Assembly: GCA_964057225.1 (NCBI GenBank)
Contig: OZ059899.1
Coordinates: forward strand, 13,702,001 to 13,766,000
Reading direction: 5' to 3'
Source: Auanema rhodensis
Taxonomy: Eukaryota; Animalia; Nematoda
Length of the DNA stretch: 64,000 bases
A program made the translations under genes and the position numbers. Under the pieces are notes generated by a model, which was not told the origin of the DNA, did not search any database, and saw nothing but the letters and a program-made list of their open reading frames with translations. Of the stretch, positions 1-12,985 are shown in pieces (position 1 is the first letter of the stretch; every line of letters begins with the position of its first letter).

Positions 1-2874
1 TGTTTCGTCCCATTCCTGCTGTTCAAGGAAGTACGATATTTGAGACAGCTGTACTAGGATTTCTAGGTTTAGAACCTTATGAGAAGGTTTTTGAAGATTT
101 ATAAAGAGCAACTGTGGACTTGATGCATTTCAGATACCTTATACTGAGCTGATTTTAACTTTCGGAGGCCGTGTAGAATGTTCAATTGTAACTAAGCCTA
201 AGAACGGAGTGGTAAAGATTTTCAATATGTTTACTGTGAATATTTCAACTTCTAGGAACCATGCACTCATCTAGTCCCTGCAGCAGCAAATGCTAAAATT
301 ACAGAATGTTGTCGAAAGTTGCCCCGACTAAAGGTATGTAAAAATTAATTTAATTCCAATGTTCTTCTTAATTACCATCTAGATTGTGGATCCATCTTGG
401 ATTATTGAAAGCATTATCAATGATAAAATGCTTCCAACTGAACAGTTTCCACTACAAAATGTTGCATATGCGTCATATGAAGGAAGAACTGATGATTTAT
501 GGGTGGAGAGGCTTCCCACGACAGATGAATTAGATGAACCACCATCGTCTTCCATGACTATTGAGGAAGGTAGATATTTTTCTTTGTCAAGCTTTTCATC
601 ATTTTTGCTGTTAAAGTTGACAACTTCATTCTCGGCGAAATTTCAAATACTGTTGAGAATACTTTCGAGCAACCGACTCCGGCACGATTCGAAGAGGTAT
701 GTACTATATATTATACTTCACTGGATATTCTTCATTTTTAAGCCTCCACGTTCAACTCCTAGAAGAGTACCGGAAAGATTGGGTAGCGGTTTAAAGTTGG
801 TTTGATTGATTCATGAACATTTCTAAATAAACTTTTAGACTTGAACTTGATGGCATGACTCAGGTGTTAGATGGAATATCAACTCCACCAGCAACAGACA
901 ATGAATCTACGTTCAATTCTTTTGTAAAATCGTAATGCTCATCAATGAAATGATACAAAAATTTAGAGTGTCAGTGGTATAGGAAAAGTTTTGGCAGAGG
1001 CTGCTGTTAAAACCGCACAACCAGTGCAGAAAAGTTACAGTGAAAACTTATCACGATCTCCAATATCTAAACCAAGTGTAGAGTACTCCTATTCAGAAAA
1101 TGCAACTGTAAGACATTGAACTCAAGCTCATACCAAACGATATTTAGAGCTCTCACGGTTATGCTACACGCTCTCGGCGTAGTCTAAGCAGTCCCAAAAT
1201 CTCGATGGAAGAAGCTCTACCGTTTTTACAAAATAATGAAATCAGTGCAGCTTCCAGAAGGCTGGTTGAACAAAATCTGGCTGAAATGCGAAGTTGAAAT
1301 TTAGTCGTTTTCTTTTTCTAAATTTTTCTTCCCGTTTAGAAGAGCAGGCGATGGAAGAAGAAGCTGCTCAAGCTAAACAGGAAATCCGAACACCACATGG
1401 AAAAAGAAGAAGAAGATGTTTTGAAATATCTGATTCTCCTCAACCTAAGCGTACTTCTAGGAAAAATGAGCATGACTTCATTGACTGGGAGCCTAGGCCA
1501 GCGTAATTCTCCATTAATCTCTTTATTTTTATTTAATTAAACTTTCAGTATGCCTCTTATCGTAAACGGTTCTCCACAAAACAAGGGTGGCACATTTAAG
1601 GTACGACTTTCCTTGTTGAAATAATGTTTAACAGTTATTACTTGTTTAGGTTTCTGCTCCTAGTCATCATCCTACCATTTCTGCCGGCTCATCAAATAGC
1701 GAAGTAAATTAATAATTTTTTCATCTTCACAAAAATATATTAAGAAAGATCCTCGTGTGGAGAAAGATGCAGTATTAAACACGTTGTCTACAGTTTCAAC
1801 AAGAGCATCTTCTTTTCAAACTTCTATCCCAATGTAATCATTGACCCCTATTTTGACAAATTTAATTGTTGTTTTAGTTCGGCCAGGCAGCCTTCCGATT
1901 CTCGTATATTATCGGACAATAATCATCGAGTGAAATCATTCGAGAAGGAAAAAATTTTCTTATTCACTTCAATTTCAACACTCGAGGTAATACTAAAACT
2001 TTGAAAATCTAACAATGTTCTAATTCATAGGAGAAAAATAAGTTATCTAGAATGATCACTCAATTAGGTGGATTTGCTCATTCTCATGATAAAACTGATA
2101 TCACTGATGATATGACTCATCTTATTTGCGGTAAATTAGTGAGAGGGACGAAGTTAATGGGATTCATAGCTAGTGGGAAATGGGTTCTCACAGTGGATTA
2201 CATTGAGAAAAGTTCTGAAGCTGGACGCTGGCTTCCTGTACGTTTCTCCCAGCTTCTTTTTTCTTATTTATCTATTTTCAGGAAGAAGATTTCGAATGGA
2301 GTCATACGAACATGCTATCAAAGTATGGAATACAAGGAAGAGAACTTCAAATCGCATTGGCAAGCAGACGATGGCGATTGAAATTGGACAAAATTCGGAA
2401 TGAGCGAAAGAGGGAAGAACCTGTGAGAAAATACACTGTTTGTATCAATATATTTGTTTTTGTATCAGGTTGGAGCGTTCTCTGGGTGGAAGTTTGTTTT
2501 GTACGCAAGTCGAGAAAAAGCAGCTGGTTTGACCCCACTAATGGAAGCTGGAAAAGCTGTTGTAGCCACGAGGTAAATGGTATTTTCGTAATAAACAAAC
2601 AAACTTTTTTTACAGAGAACAAGTTGATAGCTTACGAAGTTTTAATCCTACGCATGCCATATGTTGTAATTCAAGTAACTGGAACGAAAAAGTAAGCTTG
2701 ATCATCGTTTTGGTACTCATGATTCAAATCTAGGAACTTCGAGATCTCGTGGACTTGAACGCCAAAGTTTATACTTTGGATTACATATCGAAATACCTCT
2801 TAGAAGACAATGTTGATGAATCATCTTGCTTTCACACCGATTACAAAATTATTCTGTCTTCAATGAAACGATAA
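1..2874 (+). CDS. mus-101: TopBP1/MUS-101-like multi-BRCT protein, 3' part (gene starts before the window)
   Basis: Spliced translation gives a C-terminal tandem BRCT pair: THLICGKLVRGTKLMGFIASGKWVLTVDYIEKSSEAGRWLP-EEDFEW...ASRRWR...GAFSGWKFVLY...LMEAGKAVV, matching the TopBP1 BRCT7/8 pattern. A further BRCT end (IVDPSWIIESI) lies near 385-420. Stop TAA at 2872-2874. Confidence 0.85.
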
Positions 2875-3522
2875 AGCTGATGCTCAAATGTCTTCCAAAA
2901 GCAAAACACACATGGCACATAATATGCTGACAATATACCCCGATCTGGTTTTTTTTTCATTTCGTGACAAAAATAAAGAAACAGAATTAACTCCTCGATA
3001 ATTTATCCTAATATATAACAGAATGTGGACAGTTTGGAAATTTTTTTTTTAATTTTTAATTTGTGTTACTAGAAATAGGTAGTACATAGTAATTTTTCAT
3101 AAAACTTTCTTTGATATCCTAGGCATTTTCGTTATTTTTTGCGGAGTACACACTATTGCAGTATTGTACGCAAAGGAAAAAAATGAAGTAACTTTTGCAA
3201 CCGAAATTTTGAAAGCTTTGAAGTCAGCTGTTCCCCCGTGTTTCATCAGAAGTATCTACTCAGTAAGTGAAGTATCTACTTAGTACCCAGTAAATCAGAC
3301 TTCCAGTTTCCCACTTATTCTCATGAATACAAATAACACAAGTTAATAAACCAAAAATATATTTTATTTTTCTTGTATTAAGGTATTCAAGAAAATAACA
3401 GCTGATAACAAAACTATTTCAAAAAAAAACGTGAATGTTAAGAATTGTGATCGAAAATCTAGTTACAAAGGTATGAACAAACAACAATATTCCAATAACA
3501 ACAAATTAACAAAACAATAAAT

Positions 3523-5097
3523 TTATTCAGCCTTTGGCTGTCCCGCATCGTCTTCAAACACCGTTCTTTTGTTCTGAACTGCATCACCATCACCAGAATC
3601 ATTTCCTCTCTTGTGCCCGCGATCACCTCCACGATCACCACCACGTCCACCTCTTCTATCACGGCCTCCTCTGTAAAGAAACATATATTCATCATCAAGC
3701 AAATGGGACAACGCACCTTCCTCTATTTCCTCTTCCACGAGAATTACGATCGAACTTATTCTGCTTGCTAGCATGGAAATCAGACCAATATTTCTCTTCT
3801 TCTTCTCCTTCCAAAACCTTTCCGGTCAATTCCTTATCTTGGAAGACAACTTTGCCATCATTGGCTTGATTAGCTTTATCCCAAGCGTTTTGAGCTCCGT
3901 TTTCTTCACCAGCGAATCTAAAATTATATATTGAAAACAAAACAATAAATGTCGTTGCGCACCTGATTTCAGCCTTAACGTCTCCTTTGTTGTGGGCGAC
4001 ATATCCGACTTCGCCAAATTTACCGAAGAATTCCTTGAGATCAGCAAACTTGGTATCTTCTCCAAGTCCTTCGATTTGAAGAATAAGTCCCTTGGTAAAA
4101 TGAGGAGCAGACTAAACGAAAATTGATAAAATTTAGTCCAAAGATAATGGGTACGAACCTGAGCGTTCTGGCGTTCAATTCCATCGGCAACCTTCTTAGA
4201 GTGCTTAGCCATTTTTTCAGCAGCTCGTTTTTCCTTAAAAAACTACGTTTTTCCAACTTGTAGAAACGCCAAAGTAAACCTTAGTTTCCTTATTCTTCAT
4301 AGTCCAGTAATCATCTTGCATCATCTTTGTGAGCTCGATATCACCAAACTTATCCTCGTTTTTCTGAGCAGCTTCAGCTTCTTCACGACTCTTGTAAGTG
4401 ATGAAGCAAGATCCCTGAGTTACTCAGTTAAATAAACACATATAAAACAGAATGACACCTTGAAGATCTTATCGGGCTTGGTTCTTCTCATCAAGACATT
4501 ATCAACATTACCGAACTTCTTGGCAAATTCCATGATCTGATCAAGAGAAGTGTCCTGTGGGAAACCTTTCTAAATGGGTAAAATCATAAATTTTAACAAA
4601 ATGATTATTTTTTTACCATGTAGACTGTGGAGTGCTTAATAGTTTGCCAATACTCTAATGAGTTTTCTGGCAATGGGTTTCCGGCATTTCTGCGAATCTT
4701 AAGTCCATCCTCAGAAACTGAGATAATGTCAGATTCAGAAGTCTGAAGAAGAGAGTTTTCAATAATAGATATTCCATATAGATACCTTGACAGCCTTAGC
4801 GATAGCATCAACATCCTTAGAGATGGCAGCTAAGCGGTTGAAGGTTAACAAAGTAGCGATGTTAACCCCTGAAAATTTATATTTCGTAAACTATAGAGTG
4901 TCAGAAATTCTTACATCCTTCGTCTTTCTTAATTTGATCTTGCAAGAATTTATCACGAGGAAGATTGATATTACCGAAGTAGTACTGAAATTTAAGACAT
5001 GCAAAAGAATTGAAATTACATTCAATTGTACCTCTAATTGACGGACAACTTTAGAATCGAAATTCTCAGAAGTGGGAGGAATATTTTCAGCTGTCAT
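3523..5097 (-). CDS. La/SSB RNA-binding protein (La motif, RRM1, RRM2, RGG-rich tail)
   Basis: [21 protein letters not shown]...[14 protein letters not shown] (La motif), TVYMKGFP...FKGSCFITY (RRM1), C-terminal RGG repeats. Canonical introns. Confidence 0.93.
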
Positions 5098-6054
5098 CTT
5101 CGGCACTTAAAAAAAGAATCAATTCAGAAACTATTTTAGAAAAAAAAGGACAATTTTTCGAATAATAAAATAAAGGCTTGTGGCAATTTGCCATCTATAC
5201 GGTAGGCCACTGCAGGACCATTATTTCAGACTATTACTAAGCAATTCCTTAATATTGAAGTAATGTTTGCTTCAAGTTTTTAGTATCATTCTTATAGTTA
5301 AGTTCCTTTTCACTTAATATCTGTTCTGATGACTGCAGGTTTCATTATTGAAATCAAATATTACCTTTTCTACCTATTTAAGGTAATTATCGATTGAATT
5401 AGTGAGAATGATGAAACTTGAAATCAAAATTTTAAAATATCTTCATTTTTTGAAAGCTATAAATCTATTTATTTTTTCTTTAATTATTTTTTTTCTACAT
5501 CCTTGTATAAAAAATAATCTAAAAGTAAAAAAATTTTTCAAAAAAAATTCAACACATCAATTTTTATTTACAATTTCCTTCTTTGATGTGTGCATTGATC
5601 ATTAGTTGTAATTAGATTTTTCCTTTCATATAAACTTCCATATTAAAAAAGAACGTATTCAATGATAGCTTATGAATTCACATTATTCAGTTATATTAAA
5701 TGCCTAGCCAGCCGTCATACCTAAATTGTGTGTGTGTACGCGAAAATTTAAATATTTTATTTTCATATAAGAAATAAGATTGTAAATGCTATCATATTTA
5801 TTTATGATGATGCAAATTAGCATTCAAAAATTCATCTTCTTTCACAAACCAACTTTTTTGGTTAGTTATAACAATTTACTTCTTTAAAAAGGAATATCAT
5901 TAAATTAATTTTATTTAGTTCAAAAAGTCTCCTAATGTCAGTCGATTCTACATATAATCTTTAGGTTATATTTTTGTTTTCATCATATTAATCTTCCTTC
6001 TCACCTATATGTATTTTACGTTTCATGTCAAGTTATTGTCACATGCTTACAGAA

Positions 6055-8279
6055 ATGTCGAATACAAATAGAGTGAAGAACGAAACGTTCAATCTCAATG
6101 CGCAATCAACATCAGCAGCTCAAAATCAACAACAGGTTTTTGTTTTTTTTTTTACGTGTTAATTTAGGTCATTTAGGGGAAAAATCAAGTTGCTGGTCAG
6201 CTACCTTCTCATAAAGATGAGGATAAAATGCCATTGTTCTTGATCAAACTTTGGAATATTGTTGAAGATCCAAGTTATCAACAAATTATTCGATGGGATA
6301 CGGTTTGTTAATATTCTCATTATTAATTTTTAAAAGTAATATTTTTCAGAGTGGTTATAGTTTTCATATTGTTGATCCTTATTCTTTCTGCAGAAACGTA
6401 CTTCCTCATTATTTCAAACATAATAATTTGAATAGTCTTATTCGTCAGTTAAATATGTGTATGTCCATTTCTGTGAAAACTCCTGAGCATATTTTTTCTT
6501 TAGATGGTTTTCGTAAGATGTCCCCTCTGGATAGGGGTGGTTTAACCAGAAGTGAATCAGATCAAGATCATCTAGAATTTAGTCATGCCTGTTTTATCAG
6601 AGATCGTCCTGATCTGCTTGTGAATATTAAACGAAAAGTAAGTGCTTAATTGTCTATTTGTTTTTTTCATTATTATGTTTGAGCAGTCTTCTCGACCTGC
6701 CGAAGTTGTAGCTCAGACTGCACAAAATAATCTGCAGTTGGTAATGGATGAGCTTCGTCAAGTACGGGATAAACAGAGAAATTTGGAAATGAAAATGCAT
6801 GAGCTAACAAAGTACGCGATTTGATTTTAGTGTTTTAACAAATTTTTAACTTTTAAGAGAAAATGAAACCCTTTGGGGACAAATGGTTAATATTCGTGCA
6901 CAACATAATCGGCAACAACAAGTTGTTCAGAAGGTTGCTAATGGGCTGATCAACAGTTACTTATTTCGTATTTTCAGCTTGTACAATTCCTCGTTGCTAT
7001 GGTCCAACCAGGTTTACCGAAACGGGTTCAAAAAAGGGGTGTACTGGCAATTGATGAGAACCCAGCTAAAAGACCTCGTACCAGTGTTCCTAATTTTGGA
7101 AGTAATAATAATAATAATTTGTCTGATGTAAGAAAGTATATTATAAACGTGTTATTTTTTCTCTGTTTTAGATTCTTGACCGCCTACAAAGAGAATTGGT
7201 TGATAATGGAGGTTTTCAACGACAAAATGGCGATATGCCGAATAAGTATATTTTTCTTCATTAAAATTAATATATTATGTTTTTTTGTTTCAGTCGTGGT
7301 CCAATAATTGCGGATGTCACTGATGAATGGGGTAGTTGTATGCATAACCCGGAAACGTTTAATGGCGATCAAATCAGTTATGCTTCTGAATCTCTTGGAA
7401 ACAGTTTGGTGCTATTACTATTCTTACCGTATTCGCATATTTCAGTTCCATCAATGTCTCCCCTATCTGAACAGCCACAATCACAATCACAATCTCCATA
7501 TGGAAAAAGAAACTTTTTGCATGCTAGACGACAAAGTCAACCAGATTCGAAGTCTTCAAACGTTCAAACGGCTTCTCCTAGATCTCAGCCTGTTCAAAAT
7601 TCTTTCAATACTGTTTCTGCCAAGAATTATAATCCCCCAACGACTTCAACAGTTAGCATTCCTAACAGTTCTGCTGTTCAGTCTTGTAGTACTAACCAGG
7701 TATATTTGATATATTTTCATTTATTGTGTATAAATATGAATTTTTTAGCAGTTTAATCAAGCAAATTCTCCATCTTTTTCTATGTCGCCAATGTTGGAAC
7801 GACAAATATCCGCCGAGCTTCAGGTTAGTTGAATTTCTGTTCCTTTGTTTTATGCAGGGAGCGTTTGTCTCCCATCTTGCGAAGCTGATTCAGTCTGGTG
7901 TTTCCGGTCTGCAGGAATATCTAAATGGTGTCGACATGAATATCGACAACTGCCGTGATTTACTTGGACATTGGGATTTCGATTTTCTCGAGGTATGATA
8001 CCTCTGATTTTACAAATTATTTTTTTTTAACAGAACCTGGCCAGTGAGGATCCGGATCTTAGACCTGTCAATCAGCTTGCCTTGGAACAAGGAGCACCTA
8101 AGGAAGATTTAGAAGTTTTTCCTCCGCCAGTCTTTGGAGTTCAGGCAAGTTTTGTGAGCTTCATATATGTGCAACCTAATTTTTTATAGGATACTTTTGT
8201 TGATAGTAATAACCTCGAAGCCCCAAATTACCCATCAACTCCTGAGCTTTTAACTCCTTCAACGAGTCCAAGATCTTAA
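6055..8279 (+). CDS. hsf-1: Heat shock transcription factor HSF-1
   Basis: HSF DNA-binding domain FLIKLWNIVED...[25 protein letters not shown]...LEFSH...IKRK, heptad repeat ENETLWGQM...QQQVVQKLVQFL, GPIIADVTD motif, and HR-C-like ELQEYLNGVDMNIDNCRDLL. Confidence 0.95.
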
Positions 8280-8667
8280 CTTTTTGTAAACATTTAACGA
8301 GGTATTTCAATCACTAGGTGATTATATAAGCGTGGTATAAATATGTCGCTTTTTTGAATGCGAGTTATTTTGTCATGATAGCACTTATATTAAATGGAAT
8401 TAGTCTTGCCCATAGATACACATGTTATATGAATAGAAGGATATAAATTTTAATTTTAAATTATAATAAATATGACAGATTCAAATCAGTCAAAATCAGC
8501 ACAGCTCTAATAATATTGACATTTAGATCGAAAGATAACTGTAAAAAATTAATGCAATAATATAAACCTCGAGAATAAATAGATGATGCATAGTACAGAT
8601 ATAAGAAATAAAAAATTCAAATGAAGTAGGTAAAACATGAAAAACCTGCAAAAATATTAAACACTAA

Positions 8668-10722
8668 CTATGAAGAGGGTGGTAGTATTTCTATAATTTT
8701 TTTCTCTCTTGGAGGAGGAGGTTGTCTTTTTGTCTGTTTGGAAGGATCAAAATACACAACATCCGTTGGCTGTCGTGGCATATAGTTTTGAGAGTTACTC
8801 TGATTCGAGCCAGAAGAATTCCCACCATCATGTCTTTGTTGAGAATACCTTAAATAAAGTTTCAATTGCAGCCACTATATAACTAAATAATACTACCTTT
8901 TGGGTGCTCCCACTGAAGTGTTTCCTCCTCTTGAAAAACCAGTAGCAGAAGAGCCTCTTCCTGATGGTCCACCTCTAGTGAATGAACCGCGGCCCCTAGG
9001 CTCAGAGCCTCGTGATCCACGTTGTGAAAAGCTTCCTCTAGTTGCCTTTCTGTCAAAATTGCTGTTATTTCCAAAATCTCTTTCCCTTCTGTTTTCATCT
9101 GTGCGGTTAGTGAAAGTTCGGCTAAATTGTCCTCTACCAGACATTCTCAAAGTTCCTAAAAGGGTTGATGAATAATATATATCTTAACAATATGAACCTG
9201 CTCTGATAGATCCTCGTGTTGCTCCTCTTCTATGATTTTCAAACTCTCTCTCAGGCAGCTTTTCTTTCCTATCATGCTTATCTTCAAAGTTTTCCCTTCG
9301 GTCATTGCGGTAATCAACATTATCACGACGGTCGCCATCAATGTTAACACGTCCCCTAAACGGTAAACATAGATACTCATAAATTGATTTATTTTACCGC
9401 TGGAATCCTCTTCCTCCTCGTACAGGAGGTGTATTGCTTCCACGTCCACGAACATTTCTAATCTTAAACATCAAAATTGAATAAACATTCAAAAAATAGA
9501 TTTTACGTACAACTTTCATTTGTGGTTTTTGCCGTCTTTGCCAAACCTGTTCGTCGTCTTCAGTATCAATACTTTCCCGTTTTTCTGTTGGTTTTTTATT
9601 GAAATCTCTACGTCGTGGCTCTGATCTTTTTTGGCTTGGTTCGTCATTAGGAACTACTAAAATAAAAGTATATATAAGAAAATAGATAAAAGTTACCTCT
9701 GCTTTGTTCGCTTTTTTCCTTAACAACAGGCTTTCGTAATGTATTTTTCGAAGGTCCCGCTGTTCCTTGAATAAAATAACGAATTTTATGAAAAACAATC
9801 TTTAAAATACCTCTAGTTTTATTTCCCCCTCGTCTTCCTTGAGGAGAAGGTTCTTTTTCTGGAGCCTTCAAGTCAAATATATTTTGAAAAATTTAATTGT
9901 ATGAAATAAATACCTCAATTTTTTCTTTTTCTTTCTCTTTTTCTTTATCTTTATCTTCTGTTTTCTCATCGCCGGACCCCTTTTCCCCGTCGCGAATATC
10001 AAAACCATATCTTCAGAAAAAAATATAAGAAACTAACAAAGATAAACAAACTTACTTATGAAGAAGTTGTTGCTTCGTTTTCGGTCTCTGAGACTTTTCA
10101 TCAAACCTTAAACATAGTGTAAAACTATTAAGAATAAAATATAAATATTTATACCTATCATGTTTCCAATTTCCATCAGCTCGAGATTTTCTAGAAGATT
10201 TCAATTCAAGAGAGTCATCATCGCGAGAATCGTGCATATAATATCTGCCTAAAAAAAAAAAAAATAACATTCCGAACATAACATAACGCTAATTAAGAAA
10301 ATTTATTCTAGAACATAACAAACCTTTCTTCGGTATATAAGCAGGATTCTCTTCAATTTCATCGTCATCTAAGGGAGCACCAGATTCTTAAAACATAAAA
10401 TTAATATAAATAAAGTATTTATTCTTTGAACCTCCTTCGGAATCTTCTTCACCATCAGCTGCTGAAGAAGTTTCTTCTTTAGCTTCGTGTGTCTAAAAAT
10501 AAATATGTTAATAACTCTCTACAATATTTACGGAAAACATACAGTCTTATTACTTTGTTCCGCCTGAGGTTCTTCTGTTGATAGATTCGCAGTCTCTTCT
10601 TTAGTTTCATCTGCTGTTTCATTTAGAGGTTTAGAAGCATCTTCATTTACAGTACTGGATGCTTCTTCAATATCCTTTTTTTTTTCCTCTGCAGAATTAT
10701 TTTTCTCAACCTCCAGAGCCAT
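8668..10722 (-). CDS. casc-3: CASC3/Barentsz/MLN51 exon-junction-complex subunit
   Basis: Btz/SELOR motif NPAYIPKKGRYYMHDSR...WKHDRFDEKSQRPKTKQQLLHKYGFDIR, acidic N-terminus and RG-rich low-complexity C-terminal half. Confidence 0.9.
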
Positions 10723-11948
10723 CACTACAACAGTATAATTCAAAAAACAGCTCCGGTTATACAAACGTTAATAGAATACAAACAATTCTCAAAAGATATA
10801 AGCTTAAATTCCAATTACTGACGCAGTAAATACTACTATATAAATGAGTGCGCTGTATGCGCTCCTAATGTTTTTGGTCCCGTAACGACGTTTGCGTACC
10901 GTACTACTTTATTAGTACTGAAGTAAGAATTAACTATCGTTTTGTTGAAAGGTATGATCAATGAACGCTTTATATTAATTCCATTTAGAAAAGAAATTCT
11001 GAATATATACATCCGGAACTTTTATAAATAAAACACTTTCAATATTCATATGAAAACCTCGTCCAGGGTTTTTCTATATCAATTTCAGAATATCCAAAGT
11101 TAATGAAGATTTACTTATATTGTTTTCATTGCTTTGAAAAATAAAACATTGGATAGTTTTATGCTACTTTAATCATAATTCTTTGATATTTGGTACTGGA
11201 ATACTTTATTCAATACAAATTCGTTGAAAATTACAAATTATGTAAGAAGAAAAGAAAAAAACTTTGGCAATGTAAATGCTGCGATCAAATTGTAAAATGT
11301 TACTGTGTAATATAAACACGAGTTATAAATGTCCCTTCAAAAAAATTATGACTTTCATTAAACCATAATCCAACTTCTTGTAAATATTTTTGATAATAAT
11401 TCTCAAATTCATCTTCAGTGAAATAGTAACTTTAAGTTAAGAATGAAAGGATATTTTTAGCATAGAAACATCAGAATCATCAATTCTCTCTTATTAGAAA
11501 ATTTAAAAAAATATTACGAATATCTTTTTTGTCAAACCAATGAGATGTATTGAAAAAATTGCTTTCCTAAAACGTGCAAAAACTAGTAGTACTTCAAAGT
11601 GAAATAATATGAGTGTGCGTACTTTACACATTCCACAAAAACGTCTTGACGCGATGCCAGACTACAGTACTCCACTGCACTGAATTTCGCCATAATATCA
11701 ACGTTTTCCCAAATTATTTGGCCTTTTTTTGATTAAGTTCTTCTTTATTGTTGTTATAAGCAATGTTAAAAGATAAATATATATGTAACGGAATATGGTA
11801 AAGTATGTTTTTAAAGTCTGTATTAAAGAACGTATAGTTTTTGTTGAAATCTTGGTGTTGATCCGTATTTTAATTTTTACATAAAATTGTTCTTTTTAAT
11901 TTATTGTTCTTGTTATTAGAATTTTCTATTTTATTAGTTTATTTAGAC

Positions 11949-12448
11949 ATGGTCTACAAACGATTGGTACAAGTTGGCCGCGTCGCCTTTATTGCCAAGG
12001 GAGCCGATGCTGGCAAAATCGCTGTTATCGTCGATATCCTTGACGGAAACAGAGTAAGTTATTTAACATTTTATTCTTGAATATATATTATTTCTAGGTC
12101 CTCTTGGACGGACCATCATCTGGTGTCCTCAGAGGTGTTCGCAACCTTAAAGATCTTCAACTCACCAAGTTTGTTGCTAACATCAGAGTTGGACAGAGAA
12201 CCAAGAGAGTTCAAGCTGCCTTCGATGAAGCTAAGCTCAACGAGGAGTTCCAAAAGACTCAATGGTTCAAGAAGAGAACTGCTAAGGCTATCGTACGTTT
12301 AATATAATCATTTTTGTTTCTTATTATCATGTTATAGCGCGCTAAGCTTTCTGATTTCGACCGCTTCAAGCTTATGAACGCCAAGAAAATGAGAAACCGC
12401 TTGATCAAGATCGAGGTCGCTAAGCTCAAGAAGGCCGCAGGAAAGTAA
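11949..12448 (+). CDS. rpl-14: 60S ribosomal protein L14 (eL14), 3 exons
   Basis: [41 protein letters not shown]...[10 protein letters not shown], with strong codon bias. Confidence 0.97.
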
Positions 12449-12494
12449 ATTGTTATTTTTTGTTAATCCAATGAACGTTGGAACTTTATTTCTT

Positions 12495-12985
12495 TTATAT
12501 TATCATTATTATACACAATATTAAACAAACAAGGAAAGGGTTAAAATCAAAATGGGAACTATTCGATAGGTCAGTCATTGAACAACATTTGTATTCGTGA
12601 ATTGTAATGCCATATCTCTCGATTGGTGCTTCTGGTGTACACTAGAATTACGTAGTTACATAAGGAATTTATAAGTATTTACCTTATTCTGTCGACCTTC
12701 GCATTCGTGACTACTGAAGGCGCATCTGCCTTCAATACTGCTGCTTGTATCTGAGTCTGTTCCTGTTATTTCATTTCTTGCTATAATCTTAACACACCAA
12801 TTCGAATTGCTACTGCAATTTCTTTCCTAAATGTTGTCAAGCATTATTGGCTTTGCTAGGCAATGCTTCACCATTGTAGCAATAGCTGAAATACCTTCGT
12901 CTGCTCGAACACGGTAGAAGTAGCATTTAATAGATTCAGACTTCGATACAAAGAATAATATGGGCAGGATCTGTATTATGCGCAT
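12495..12985 (-). CDS. Small Cys-rich, probably GPI-anchored Ly6/uPAR (three-finger)-like protein, 3 exons; not in the ORF track
   Basis: ATG directly follows a TTTAG acceptor. Spliced product: MRIIQILPILFFVSKSES-IKCYFYRVRADEGISAIATM|ERNCSSNSNWCVKIIARNEITGTDSDTSSSIEGRCAFSSHECEGRQNK|CTPEAPIERYGITIHEYKCCSMTDLSNSSHFDFNPFLVCLILCIIMII*. It has a signal peptide, IKCY, CxK, CC and a hydrophobic tail. Confidence 0.8.
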
